Shown here: piece by piece, positions 28,018-35,949 of the stretch
Layout: every line of letters begins with the position of its first letter
How positions within the stretch are numbered: position 1 is the stretch's first letter
Assembly: GCA_024277655.1 (NCBI GenBank)
Contig: JAJRUT010000063.1
Span: 16,939-80,938, forward strand
Direction: 5' to 3'
Source: Deltaproteobacteria bacterium
Lineage (GTDB): Bacteria; Desulfobacterota; Desulfobulbia; Desulfobulbales; SURF-16
Length of the DNA: 64,000 bases
Notes under the pieces: model-generated
The model's database searches: none
Told to the model about the DNA's origin: nothing
Seen by the model: the letters and a program-made list of their open reading frames with translations, nothing else
Translations under genes and position numbers: made by a program

Positions 28018-29295
28018 TCATAAACAAAGCCCGGACTGGTCGGCATCATGGGGTGTGCCTGGTTGTCTGGAGAAATCACTGCCGGTTGGGTATTGATAAA
28101 TTCGCAGTTTAAACTCCGGGATAATGGCAAGGAGATGGTCAAAAATGTCGGCCTGGATCGCCTCATACTGAGTCCAGCGGGTGTCGCTGGTAAAGACATA
28201 TATTTGCAGGGGCAAGCCCTGTGGCGTTGGTTGCAAGTGGCGGACAAGAAAGGTCATGTCCGGGTGAATCTGGTTGTTTTTTTTAAGGTATGCCTCAATA
28301 TAGGCCCTGAATAGACCAAGATTTGTTTGGTGGCGACCATTGATGTTTGAACTGCTTATGGTCTTGTTCATCTCGTTAATCTCAGTTTCTTTTTGGGCTA
28401 TGTAGGGCGAGAGTATATCGATCTGGCGGAGATGGTTCAGCAGGTCTTCAGAGCAAAAGCGAATGGAACTCATATCAATATAGAGGGAGCGTTTGATCCG
28501 TCTGCCGCCTGATTTGAACATTCCCTGCCAGTTCTGAAAGGGGTGTTCCAGGAGTTTAAAGGTCGGAATGGTAATCAGGGTGTTGTCAAAGTTGCGGACG
28601 GTGAGCATGTTGATCGAAATATCTTCCACTACACCATCGGCGCCAAGGCTATCCATGGTAATCCAGTCCCCTTTTTGCAGAGCCTTTGAGGAGGAGAATT
28701 GGATGTTGGCGGTGATCCCGAGCAGGGAGTTGCGAAACACCAGGACAATAACGGCGGTGAGTCCGCCGAGGACTCCGATGATGCCCATGATGGATTTGCC
28801 AGAGATAATGGCAATAATGGCGAGAATGGCAAGGATATAATAGATGATCCGTAGGGCTCCGAGATAACTGCGGATGGACAAACCACTCTTTAGCTTTTTA
28901 TTGTCATAAATGGCTTGGGTTGCTGTGAGGGTTGCATCGAGGATACGGAGGCACGTAAAAATAAGGCAAATCAGAAAAATCCCACCGATAACACGCAAAA
29001 TATCCGGGGAGTCGATAAAGATAAGGTTACTTATTAGATAGCAGGCGGTAAGAGGCAGGATTCGGGACAGGCGTTGAAAAAAAAGGGCTCTGTGGAAGGC
29101 GTCATCCCAGGTGTTACTTGTCCTTGCGATCAGCTTTTCCAGATAGGTGGTAAGGACCCTGCGGCTAAACCAGCTGAGCAGGAACCAAGTGGCGAGTATT
29201 AGTAACGCAGCCAGGCCTGTGTTTATGGCGAGGATGATCGTCTCGCTGAACCCTTGCGCGTTGAGGATTTTACTGAGGGGGGTAGTAAAAGTCAT
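28018..29295 (-). CDS. mechanosensitive ion channel family protein (MscS-like)
   Basis: Several N-terminal TM segments, then the MscS beta-domain pattern (GDWITMDSLGADGVVEDISINMLTVRNFDNTLITIPT). Confidence 0.82.
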   Translation of the reverse strand: MTFTTPLSKILNAQGFSETIILAINTGLAALLILATWFLLSWFSRRVLTTYLEKLIARTSNTWDDAFHRALFFQRLSRILPLTACYLISNLIFIDSPDILRVIGGIFLICLIFTCLRILDATLTATQAIYDNKKLKSGLSIRSYLGALRIIYYILAILAIIAIISGKSIMGIIGVLGGLTAVIVLVFRNSLLGITANIQFSSSKALQKGDWITMDSLGADGVVEDISINMLTVRNFDNTLITIPTFKLLEHPFQNWQGMFKSGGRRIKRSLYIDMSSIRFCSEDLLNHLRQIDILSPYIAQKETEINEMNKTISSSNINGRHQTNLGLFRAYIEAYLKKNNQIHPDMTFLVRHLQPTPQGLPLQIYVFTSDTRWTQYEAIQADIFDHLLAIIPEFKLRIYQYPTGSDFSRQPGTPHDADQSGLCL

Positions 29296-29506
29296 GGTGT
29301 TTTTGATGGGTTGGCTGTTATGTATTGGAATTAACTATTTTTAAAGGGATTTGTATTTGTTTATTCTAATCCGTTTTAAGTTAAATATCCTATTAATAAA
29401 CAGTGATGTTCGGTTAGAAAATCGAAATATACGCTATCTCCCGTAGATTTAACCCGGATTGTTATGGACCTTTATTCCGCTTCCACTCCACATTTCTTGA
29501 TTTTAA

Positions 29507-29575
29507 AACATTTTGTCTCCCCTTTTCATCATGCGAGTCCCTCGCTATGACAGATAAAAGGGGAGACAAAATGTT
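29507..29575 (+). other. 20-bp perfect stem-loop in the yedF upstream region
   Basis: aacattttgtctcccctttt (29507-29526) pairs with aaaaggggagacaaaatgtt (29556-29575). The 29-nt loop contains a nested gcgag-tcc-ctcgc hairpin. Confidence 0.8.
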
Positions 29576-29703
29576 AAGAAAATACTACGAAATTTGCAGA
29601 ATTACGCTCCATAAAGGGGCATAAAAATCCTCTTGCAGGTAAGGTACGACTCTGAGTTCTATACGAACACCACTGACAACACCATCATTACACAAGGAAA
29701 ACC

Positions 29704-30312
29704 ATGTCTACACCACTAATTCTGGACTGTACAGGTCTTGTCTGTCCGCGTCCTGTTATTCAGACCAAAGAGGCCCTTGAGCAGGGTGCGACGGACCTTA
29801 TTTTATGCGTTATCGTTGATAATGAGGCGGCCTGCGATAATGTCCGTCGTTTTGCTGAAGGGCAGGGTGGCAATGTAACAGTGACGCGAAAAGGGGCCAC
29901 CTGGGAGTTGGTGATTAAGGATGGGCAAAAGGCTGAGGCTGAAAGTACCATCGTCTGTGGCGATGGTGCCATGGCAAAGAGGATTGTGGTGCATATTTCC
30001 TCTGAGTTTATGGGGCAGGGAGATGATGGTTTGGGGGCACGGTTGATGCTGGCCTATTTTGACACCCTTGGCCAATTTGCCCAAAATATAACGGACCTGA
30101 CCCTGGTTAACTCCGGGGTGAAGCTAATCTGTGCTGGTTCTCCTGTTTTGCCGGAGGCCCAGGAGCTGGCAAAACTAGGGGTGCGAATCACCGCCTGTGG
30201 AGTTTGTCTAAATCATTATGGCCTAACGGACAAGGTACAGGTGGGTGCAGTGTCAAATATGTTTTCCATCCTCGCGGCCCAAAAGGAGGCAGATCTGGTT
30301 TTGCGTCCTTGA
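29704..30312 (+). CDS. yedF: YedF-type selenium metabolism protein (TusA/SirA-like domain fused to DsrE-like domain)
   Basis: N-terminal LDCTGLVCPRPVIQTKEAL (CPxP motif of the TusA/SirA family). About 200 aa with a C-terminal DsrE-like half (IVVHISSEFMGQGDD ... ACGVCLNHYG). Confidence 0.75.
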   Translation: MSTPLILDCTGLVCPRPVIQTKEALEQGATDLILCVIVDNEAACDNVRRFAEGQGGNVTVTRKGATWELVIKDGQKAEAESTIVCGDGAMAKRIVVHISSEFMGQGDDGLGARLMLAYFDTLGQFAQNITDLTLVNSGVKLICAGSPVLPEAQELAKLGVRITACGVCLNHYGLTDKVQVGAVSNMFSILAAQKEADLVLRP

Positions 30313-30329
30313 TGGGGGGGAGAGAGGAA

Positions 30330-30509
30330 TTATTTAGCCAAACATTACACTTTTCTTTTAGCCACAGAATCCACAGAAAAACACGGACAAAATATTCTGT
30401 GGCTAAACCTTTACAATATCAATTTCCATGATAAATTCGGCAGATAGATCCCAAAAAAAATGGACATAAAACGTTAAATTTATAGGAATCGGCCACTTGC
30501 GCTAAGTGG
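30330..30509. repeat. dispersed hairpin-rich intergenic element, copy B (inverted relative to copy A, with an internal insertion)
   Basis: Left end ttatttagccaaacattaca...ttagccacagaatccac and right end aaaacgttaaatttataggaatcggccacttgcgctaagtgg match the reverse complement of 24524-24649. An 18-nt core agaaaaacacggacaaaa (30375-30392) also occurs at 2413-2430. Confidence 0.85.
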
Positions 30510-30580
30510 ATACTCCCCATCACCAACAACCAAACCGAACCAACATTGACATTTCCGCTCCCTGATTTTATCGTAAGAGT

Positions 30581-30790
30581 ATGATTAATAATTACAGGAT
30601 AGATTATATCGCTCAGACGGCGGATAATTATATGACCTTCCCCCAGACCGAGCAGAGCCAGAAGATACTGCAACGCAATCAAACTGCATTGATTACCACG
30701 GCGGATAATTTGGGGCGTAATATCGCTGCCAAGGCACGGGCGCAGGTTGAAAGGCATGGCCCTTCAAGCCGGGTCGATGTGATTGTCTAA
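30581..30790 (+). CDS. hypothetical small protein (uncertain)
   Basis: 69-aa ORF followed 37 nt later by a strong terminator. Weak SD and no recognisable motif. Confidence 0.3.
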   Translation: MINNYRIDYIAQTADNYMTFPQTEQSQKILQRNQTALITTADNLGRNIAAKARAQVERHGPSSRVDVIV

Positions 30791-30826
30791 ACCACAGTGT
30801 TGGTGGCAGTCTTTCAAGCTTTTCAC

Positions 30827-30867
30827 AAAAAAATGGGGGTGTCGAATTTTCGACACCCCCATTTTTT
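30827..30867. terminator. bidirectional rho-independent terminator
   Basis: aaaaaaatgggggtgtcgaattttcgacacccccatttttt. GC-rich stem flanked by an A-run and a T-run. It lies between the small + ORF and the 3' end of the minus-strand metV-like operon. Confidence 0.8.
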
Positions 30868-30889
30868 CAACTCTTAATTCTTCAGTCTT

Positions 30890-31558
30890 TTAAACTGTTA
30901 AATCATCACGCACCTCGGTGCGTGGGCCACCGTGGGTTGAGGTGGACCAGTCACGGATGGGGGCGATGCGATCCATTCCGGCAGACTGGCCAATGGCGTC
31001 CATGCGGTCGTGGATGTTTTGCCATACACAGTCGACAGAGGAGTGTATCTCACAGTGTCCACCCACGGAACCGCCGCAGGGGCCATTCATCAGGCTTTTG
31101 GCACAGCGGACAACGGGGCAGAGGCCACCGGTGAGGTGGAGGACACAGTCGCCGCAACCGGCGCATTGCTCCGCCCATATTCCCTGCTCTTCAGAGCCAC
31201 CCATAAAGGTGGTATTGAGAGCAGGATAAACAACGTCTTTTTCACGAAGGTTGGCGATGAAGTTTACGCCAACACCACAGGCCGTGGAGACAATGGCATC
31301 ATACTTACCTTTCCAGTCGTCGATACTGGCAATAAATTCCTTATCGCATTGACGAACCAGTGATCCTTCAATGACCTTGATTTTTTTACCAGCTTTTTTC
31401 ATGCCGATGCGGATAAGAGAGGCGAGGATTTCAACCTCCCGTTCTCCACCGGCAGAACAGACAGAGACACAGCTACGACAACCAAGAACAAGGACCTTCT
31501 TAGCATCCTTGACCATCTCTAAAATTTCATTTACGGGCTTACGCTTTGCAACAATCAT
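30890..31558 (-). CDS. MetV-like protein (MTHFR C-terminal zinc-ribbon domain protein)
   Basis: CAGCGDCVLHLTGGLCPVVRCAKSLMNGPCGGSVGGHCEI, the CxK..NGPCGG..G.CE signature I associate with MetV/MTHFR_C. The N-terminal part is KKVLVLGCRSCVSVCSAGG. Confidence 0.65.
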   Translation of the reverse strand: MIVAKRKPVNEILEMVKDAKKVLVLGCRSCVSVCSAGGEREVEILASLIRIGMKKAGKKIKVIEGSLVRQCDKEFIASIDDWKGKYDAIVSTACGVGVNFIANLREKDVVYPALNTTFMGGSEEQGIWAEQCAGCGDCVLHLTGGLCPVVRCAKSLMNGPCGGSVGGHCEIHSSVDCVWQNIHDRMDAIGQSAGMDRIAPIRDWSTSTHGGPRTEVRDDLTV

Positions 31559-31971
31559 TTTGAATCTCCAAATGCTGGACCCATGGCAGTGATGCGGTCG
31601 TTCATGGTTTGAGCGGCGGTGACAAACTCTGGGTGGAAGCCACGTTCGGTGTGAAACATCTCAGCCCGATCACTTCCAAGGCCAAGCTCTTCAAGGGAGT
31701 TTTTAATGGCAATAACCCTTTTGGCCGCCCGGGCAGAACCCTTGCGGTTATGGCAGGTCTCTTCCGGGCAACCCACCACGAAAACACCGTCAGCCCCATT
31801 TTCAAAGGCCTTGAGGATGGTGACTTCCTGCAATTTGCCGGTGCAGACAACGCGGTTTAACGTTACATTCTCTGGCATACCGTCGGCCTTAAGCTGCTCG
31901 GCTGCCTCAGCAATTGCCTGCTGGGAGGTGTAGTGGCAACAAAATGCCTGTATATCTGGAGTAAAGCTCAT
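31555..31971 (-). CDS. mvhD: MvhD/FlpD-like (methyl-viologen-reducing hydrogenase delta subunit domain) protein
   Basis: From the internal ATG at 31971 (GGAG SD 7 nt upstream): MSFTPDIQAFCCHYTS ... NRVVCTGKL ... ILKAFENGADGVFVVGCPEETCHNRKGS. Stop/start overlap with the next gene. Confidence 0.75.
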   Translation of the reverse strand: MSFTPDIQAFCCHYTSQQAIAEAAEQLKADGMPENVTLNRVVCTGKLQEVTILKAFENGADGVFVVGCPEETCHNRKGSARAAKRVIAIKNSLEELGLGSDRAEMFHTERGFHPEFVTAAQTMNDRITAMGPAFGDSK

Positions 31972-31997
31972 GGTAATCTCCGTAAATTTCGTATCGA

Positions 31998-32576
31998 TTA
32001 GCTGGCTGCAGCAATAAGTTTGTCGTCGGCGGATACCGGTTGCTGGATGGCCTGGGCCGGGCATTCTGAAACGCAGATTCCACAACCGCGACAGTCGGCA
32101 GCGTTGATGTTAGCCACACCCTTGTCGTCAATAACTGGGACTTCAAAGGGACAGACTCGAACACAGGTGAGACAGGATACACATTGGTCACGCTCAACCC
32201 AGGCAATCCGGCCTTTTTCGCGCAGGTCCTGCTCAGTGATAATACCTTCTTTCATGGCCATTTTCTGGATGGCGGTCATGATCTCGGCAAAACGAACATC
32301 CTGGGGACAGACAAAGACACAGTTCTGGCATTGTGAACAGTACCAGAGCAGATCGGCATTGAGCACTTTATCCTTTAAACCCATGCGAACCATATGGATG
32401 ATTTTACGCGGGTCAAAATCAGGAATAGCCTGGCTGACAGGACAGGCACCGCTACAACCGCCACAGGAAAAACAGGAGTTGAGGTGTTCGCCCCCTGGCA
32501 TTGCAGTGATTTCGGCAGCAAAGGTGGAGTTTATCTCCTTACTGGTAATGGCCATGATTTCCTCGTTGCTATGCAT
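31998..32576 (-). CDS. iron-sulfur protein: HdrC-like domain plus 2x[4Fe-4S] ferredoxin domain
   Basis: Four CxxCxxCxxxCP-type motifs: CFSCGGCSGACP, CSQCQNCVFVCP, CVSCLTCVRVCP, CRGCGICVSECP. Confidence 0.75.
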   Translation of the reverse strand: MHSNEEIMAITSKEINSTFAAEITAMPGGEHLNSCFSCGGCSGACPVSQAIPDFDPRKIIHMVRMGLKDKVLNADLLWYCSQCQNCVFVCPQDVRFAEIMTAIQKMAMKEGIITEQDLREKGRIAWVERDQCVSCLTCVRVCPFEVPVIDDKGVANINAADCRGCGICVSECPAQAIQQPVSADDKLIAAAS

Positions 32577-32800
32577 GGGGTTACCACGCTTTATCCACAG
32601 AGTGGAATCGTCAATAAATTTGGGATAAATAAGTTCAAATATAATCCGTAAACTAGAAAAAGATCGACGCCGAATTTAATCAAAGTTTTGAACAATGTCA
32701 AGTATCCAGTGGGCTAGCTATGTCGTTAATTTGACGATTCTCTAGGTACTTGTACGTGTCTACGGTGATGGGGGGCTTGCTTTTTGGGGAGAGTGGCGAA

Positions 32801-33769
32801 TTAAACCATCATCCTGAATTCACCCTTGCCAAGCAGGTCGTGGAGGTGAAGGATGCCAACGAGATCCGGGCCGTTAGTGATGGGCAGGATGGTGACTTCG
32901 TAGCGTTGCATCAGGCTCAGGGCGTCGGCGGCAAGCAGGGTTGGTTTAATGGTTTTGGGAGCCTTGGTCATGATCTCACTGGCGATGGATTCGGTCATCT
33001 GGTCGAGATCGGGCAAGAGCCTGCGCAGATCACCATCGGTAATGATGCCGCAGAGTTTGTCCCCCTCAAGAACGACAACGGCGCCAAGACTTTTGGAGTT
33101 CATAATGGTGACAATTTCGGCAAATTTGGAGTTTAGGCTGGCGATAGGCAGGTCAGATCCTGTGAGCATGACTTCGGAGACTGAAACCTTCAAGCGTTCA
33201 CCGAGGCTACCGCCAGGATGGTTTTTGCGAAAATCCTCAGGGGCAAAGTTTTTGCGATCTATCAGAACCACAGCCAGGGCGTCACCCACAGCCAAAGCAG
33301 CCGTTGTGGAAGCAGTGGGGGCAAGACCAAGCGGGCAGGCCTCTTTAGGGACTGCGGCAAGCAGGGTGGCATCAGCAAAACCAGCCAGGGTGGACTCTGG
33401 CTTGCCGGTTAAGGCAATGATTTTCATCCCGCGATTCTTCAAGGTGGGGATGAGGAGATTTAGTTCGGTGGTTTCACCTGAATAGGACAGGGCCAGGATT
33501 ACATCCTTGGGGTCAACAATTCCTAAATCACCATGTATGGCCTCTACTGGGTGGAGGAAAATGGAAGGGGTGCCGGTGGAATTTAAAGTGGCCGCGATCT
33601 TTTGACCAATTATACCTGATTTGCCAATGCCGGTAATAACCAGTCTGGTTGGACAGGCAAGAATCAGATTAATGGCCTTGTCAAAATCACTGTCGAGTAG
33701 GTCTTTAACCGCCAGGATGCCATCGGCTTCAATCTGGAGTACCTCTTTGGCGCGGGTTAGAGAGGACAT
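32801..33769 (-). CDS. kpsF: arabinose-5-phosphate isomerase (KpsF/GutQ family; SIS + tandem CBS domains)
   Basis: SIS motif LVITGIGKSGIIGQKIAATLNSTGTP followed by two CBS domains. I use the internal ATG at 33769 (MSSLTRAKEVLQIEADG). The longer track ORF would overlap purF. Confidence 0.85.
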   Translation of the reverse strand: MSSLTRAKEVLQIEADGILAVKDLLDSDFDKAINLILACPTRLVITGIGKSGIIGQKIAATLNSTGTPSIFLHPVEAIHGDLGIVDPKDVILALSYSGETTELNLLIPTLKNRGMKIIALTGKPESTLAGFADATLLAAVPKEACPLGLAPTASTTAALAVGDALAVVLIDRKNFAPEDFRKNHPGGSLGERLKVSVSEVMLTGSDLPIASLNSKFAEIVTIMNSKSLGAVVVLEGDKLCGIITDGDLRRLLPDLDQMTESIASEIMTKAPKTIKPTLLAADALSLMQRYEVTILPITNGPDLVGILHLHDLLGKGEFRMMV

Positions 33770-33770
33770 G

Positions 33771-35189
33771 TCAGCACCCGCAACTAAGGGCATTTTTGGT
33801 GAAATCTTTATCAGGTTTAATCGGGTACTTGCCGGTGAAACAGGCAAGGCAATAGTCATCAGCCTTTTTGCCCGATGCTTCAACCAGACCATCAACACTG
33901 AGGTAATAGAGGGTGTCGAGGCCAAGGTATACCCTGATTTCTTCAATGGATTTCTGGGCGGCGATGAGTTGCTTGCGATCCGGGAAGTCAATGCCGTAAA
34001 AGCAAGGGTGGGCGGTGGGCGGGCAACTGATCAGCATGTGAATCTCTTTGGCTCCGGCTCGGCGCAGAGAGGCGACACGGCTCTTGCCGGTGGTGCCCCG
34101 GATAATGGAGTCTTCGATGATGATAACCCGTTTGCCTTCAAGGAAGGAGCGTACCGGATTGAGTTTGACCCGAACCGAAAAATCACGCATGGACTGGGAG
34201 GGTTGAATAAAAGTCCGGCCCACATAATGGTTGCGGATAACCCCAAATTCCAGGGGGATGCCCGAGGCCTGGGAGTAACCAATGGCCGCATAATTACCCG
34301 AATCAGGAAACGGCATAACAAAATCCGCCTCGATTTTGCATTCACGGGCTAGGATCTCACCCGTTCTCTTGCGGTAATTATAGACATTGAGGCCAAAAAT
34401 GTCTGAATCTGGGCGGGCAAAGTAGACCTGCTCGAAGATGCAGAAACTGGTTTTTTGTTTGCCTTGGGGAAAGAAGGACTCAATACCGTTTTTGCTAATA
34501 ATGACCGCCTCACCCGGCTCAATGTCACGGACGTACTCCGCCTCGATCAGATCGAGGGCACATGTTTCCGAGGCAAGAACAAACCCGCCATTGGCCAGTT
34601 TGCCAAGGCAAAGGGGGCGAAACCCCTGGGGGTCACGCATGGCAACCAGCTCCGTCTTGGTCATAACAAGGATAGAATAGGCCCCGGCAATGCGATTGGC
34701 GATGGAGGTGATGGCATCCTTTAATGACTTATGTTTGCAACGCTCCCTGGCAAGAATATGGACAACCGCCTCACTGTCCATGGTGGATTGGAATATGGAA
34801 CCCTTGTTTTCAAGTTCATCCCGAAGTGCTCTGATGTTAACGAGGTTGCCGTTATGGGCCACCGCAAAGGTTTCACCACGATGATTGGCAGTGAAAGGCT
34901 GGGCGTTGACGAGATTAGATGCGCCGGTGGTGGAATAGCGGACATGACCGATGGCCAGATGGCCTTTTAACTTGTCAAAGTCATCCTCTTTAAAGACCTC
35001 GGAGACAAGCCCCATATTCTTGTGTTCATAGACATTTTTTCCGTCAGATGACGTGATCCCTGCACTTTCCTGGCCCCGGTGTTGTAGTGCATAGAGGCCA
35101 AAATATGTTAGTTTTGCTGAGTCTTGGTTGCCGAAAATACCACAGATGCCACATTCTTCTTTGGGGCGGGAGGAGTCGTGCATATTCAT
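33771..35189 (-). CDS. purF: amidophosphoribosyltransferase
   Basis: Short propeptide then CGICGIFG (Ntn Cys). PRPP-binding VIIIEDSIIRGTT. C-terminal Cys ligands. Confidence 0.93.
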   Translation of the reverse strand: MNMHDSSRPKEECGICGIFGNQDSAKLTYFGLYALQHRGQESAGITSSDGKNVYEHKNMGLVSEVFKEDDFDKLKGHLAIGHVRYSTTGASNLVNAQPFTANHRGETFAVAHNGNLVNIRALRDELENKGSIFQSTMDSEAVVHILARERCKHKSLKDAITSIANRIAGAYSILVMTKTELVAMRDPQGFRPLCLGKLANGGFVLASETCALDLIEAEYVRDIEPGEAVIISKNGIESFFPQGKQKTSFCIFEQVYFARPDSDIFGLNVYNYRKRTGEILARECKIEADFVMPFPDSGNYAAIGYSQASGIPLEFGVIRNHYVGRTFIQPSQSMRDFSVRVKLNPVRSFLEGKRVIIIEDSIIRGTTGKSRVASLRRAGAKEIHMLISCPPTAHPCFYGIDFPDRKQLIAAQKSIEEIRVYLGLDTLYYLSVDGLVEASGKKADDYCLACFTGKYPIKPDKDFTKNALSCGC

Positions 35190-35583
35190 GCCGAAAATCC
35201 TTTTGGTGTTCTGTTTTGATGAAAGAGTAATTCGTAATTATACAGGATTACTTGTGTCTTCCGCAGCAACTAAGCCGTGGCCTTAATAACATTAAGGCTC
35301 GACAGTGGTTGTGGAGGCAGTCCTGATCAGAAATCTTCCTGAAAAAGGGGTCAACTTACCTCATTATAGGGGGGGGCGCAATTTTTTTTGGCGGATTTTC
35401 TCTTGGAATGGAGAGTTTGGGAATTTATTGGCCCATTGGAGAATATCGTAGGAATGGGACTTGCAATCACCTATACTCGTACTGGGTTCAGGCTGAATCT
35501 ACTCGGCTACCGGTCCTTTGGCTGAAAACGAAAATAATTACGGCGGAGTGCCGAGAAAATATCTGCAAGGTGGTGGGTGAAAT

Positions 35584-35949
35584 ATGGCAAAATTTAAGGA
35601 GAGGCGAAGCCGGGTACGGATTGATTATGATGCGGTCGTCGTCATTTGTCCTAAAGGGAAGCCAACCATTACTGGTTACGGTACCAATGTCAGTATGGCT
35701 GGCATCTTTGTGAAGACGCAAGCCTTGTTGCCCGTGGCGACTGAGTGTGGGATTCAGATCTCCCTGCAGGGACCAAACTCAACCTTAACCATTAATATTG
35801 CCGGTATTGTTGCCCGGGTTGGAGAGGAGGGGGTAGGGTTGCAATTTTATGATAATCTTGAGTGGTGGGCCATTTTTACTATTTATGCCCAGTACAGTGG
35901 CAACCCTCCTACGAATTGCTCTCTATGCTGTCCTGGAAAAGTGGTGTGA
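35584..35949 (+). CDS. PilZ domain protein
   Basis: RRSRVR (RxxxR) and NVSMAGIF (D/NxSxxG) motifs. The 3' end overlaps the convergent ade gene by 41 nt. Confidence 0.6.
   Translation: MAKFKERRSRVRIDYDAVVVICPKGKPTITGYGTNVSMAGIFVKTQALLPVATECGIQISLQGPNSTLTINIAGIVARVGEEGVGLQFYDNLEWWAIFTIYAQYSGNPPTNCSLCCPGKVV

Noticed and set aside
30419-30757. 112-aa minus-strand ORF in the yedF-metV spacer.
   Set aside because: - It overlaps repeat element B and the opposite-strand 69-aa ORF.
- It has no SD or motif.
- The composition looks non-coding.
32020-32628. 202-aa plus-strand ORF antisense to the four-cluster Fe-S protein gene.
   Set aside because: The minus-strand frame has four canonical CxxCxxCxxxCP motifs and operon coupling. 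The plus-strand product has no recognisable features.
33621-34352. 243-aa plus-strand ORF antisense to purF and kpsF. Similar long antisense ORFs occur at 59938-60600, 62967-63623, 15029-15526 and 49811-50182.
   Set aside because: Each lies entirely inside a confidently identified gene on the other strand, and none shows a domain signature. These are typical shadow ORFs in moderately GC-rich coding DNA.
35190-35400. I looked for purine, ZTP or THF riboswitches upstream of purF. I did the same upstream of the MetF-like/ade operon at 39076-39247.
   Set aside because: I could not recognise the conserved cores of these riboswitch classes by eye. Only an Rfam covariance search could settle this.
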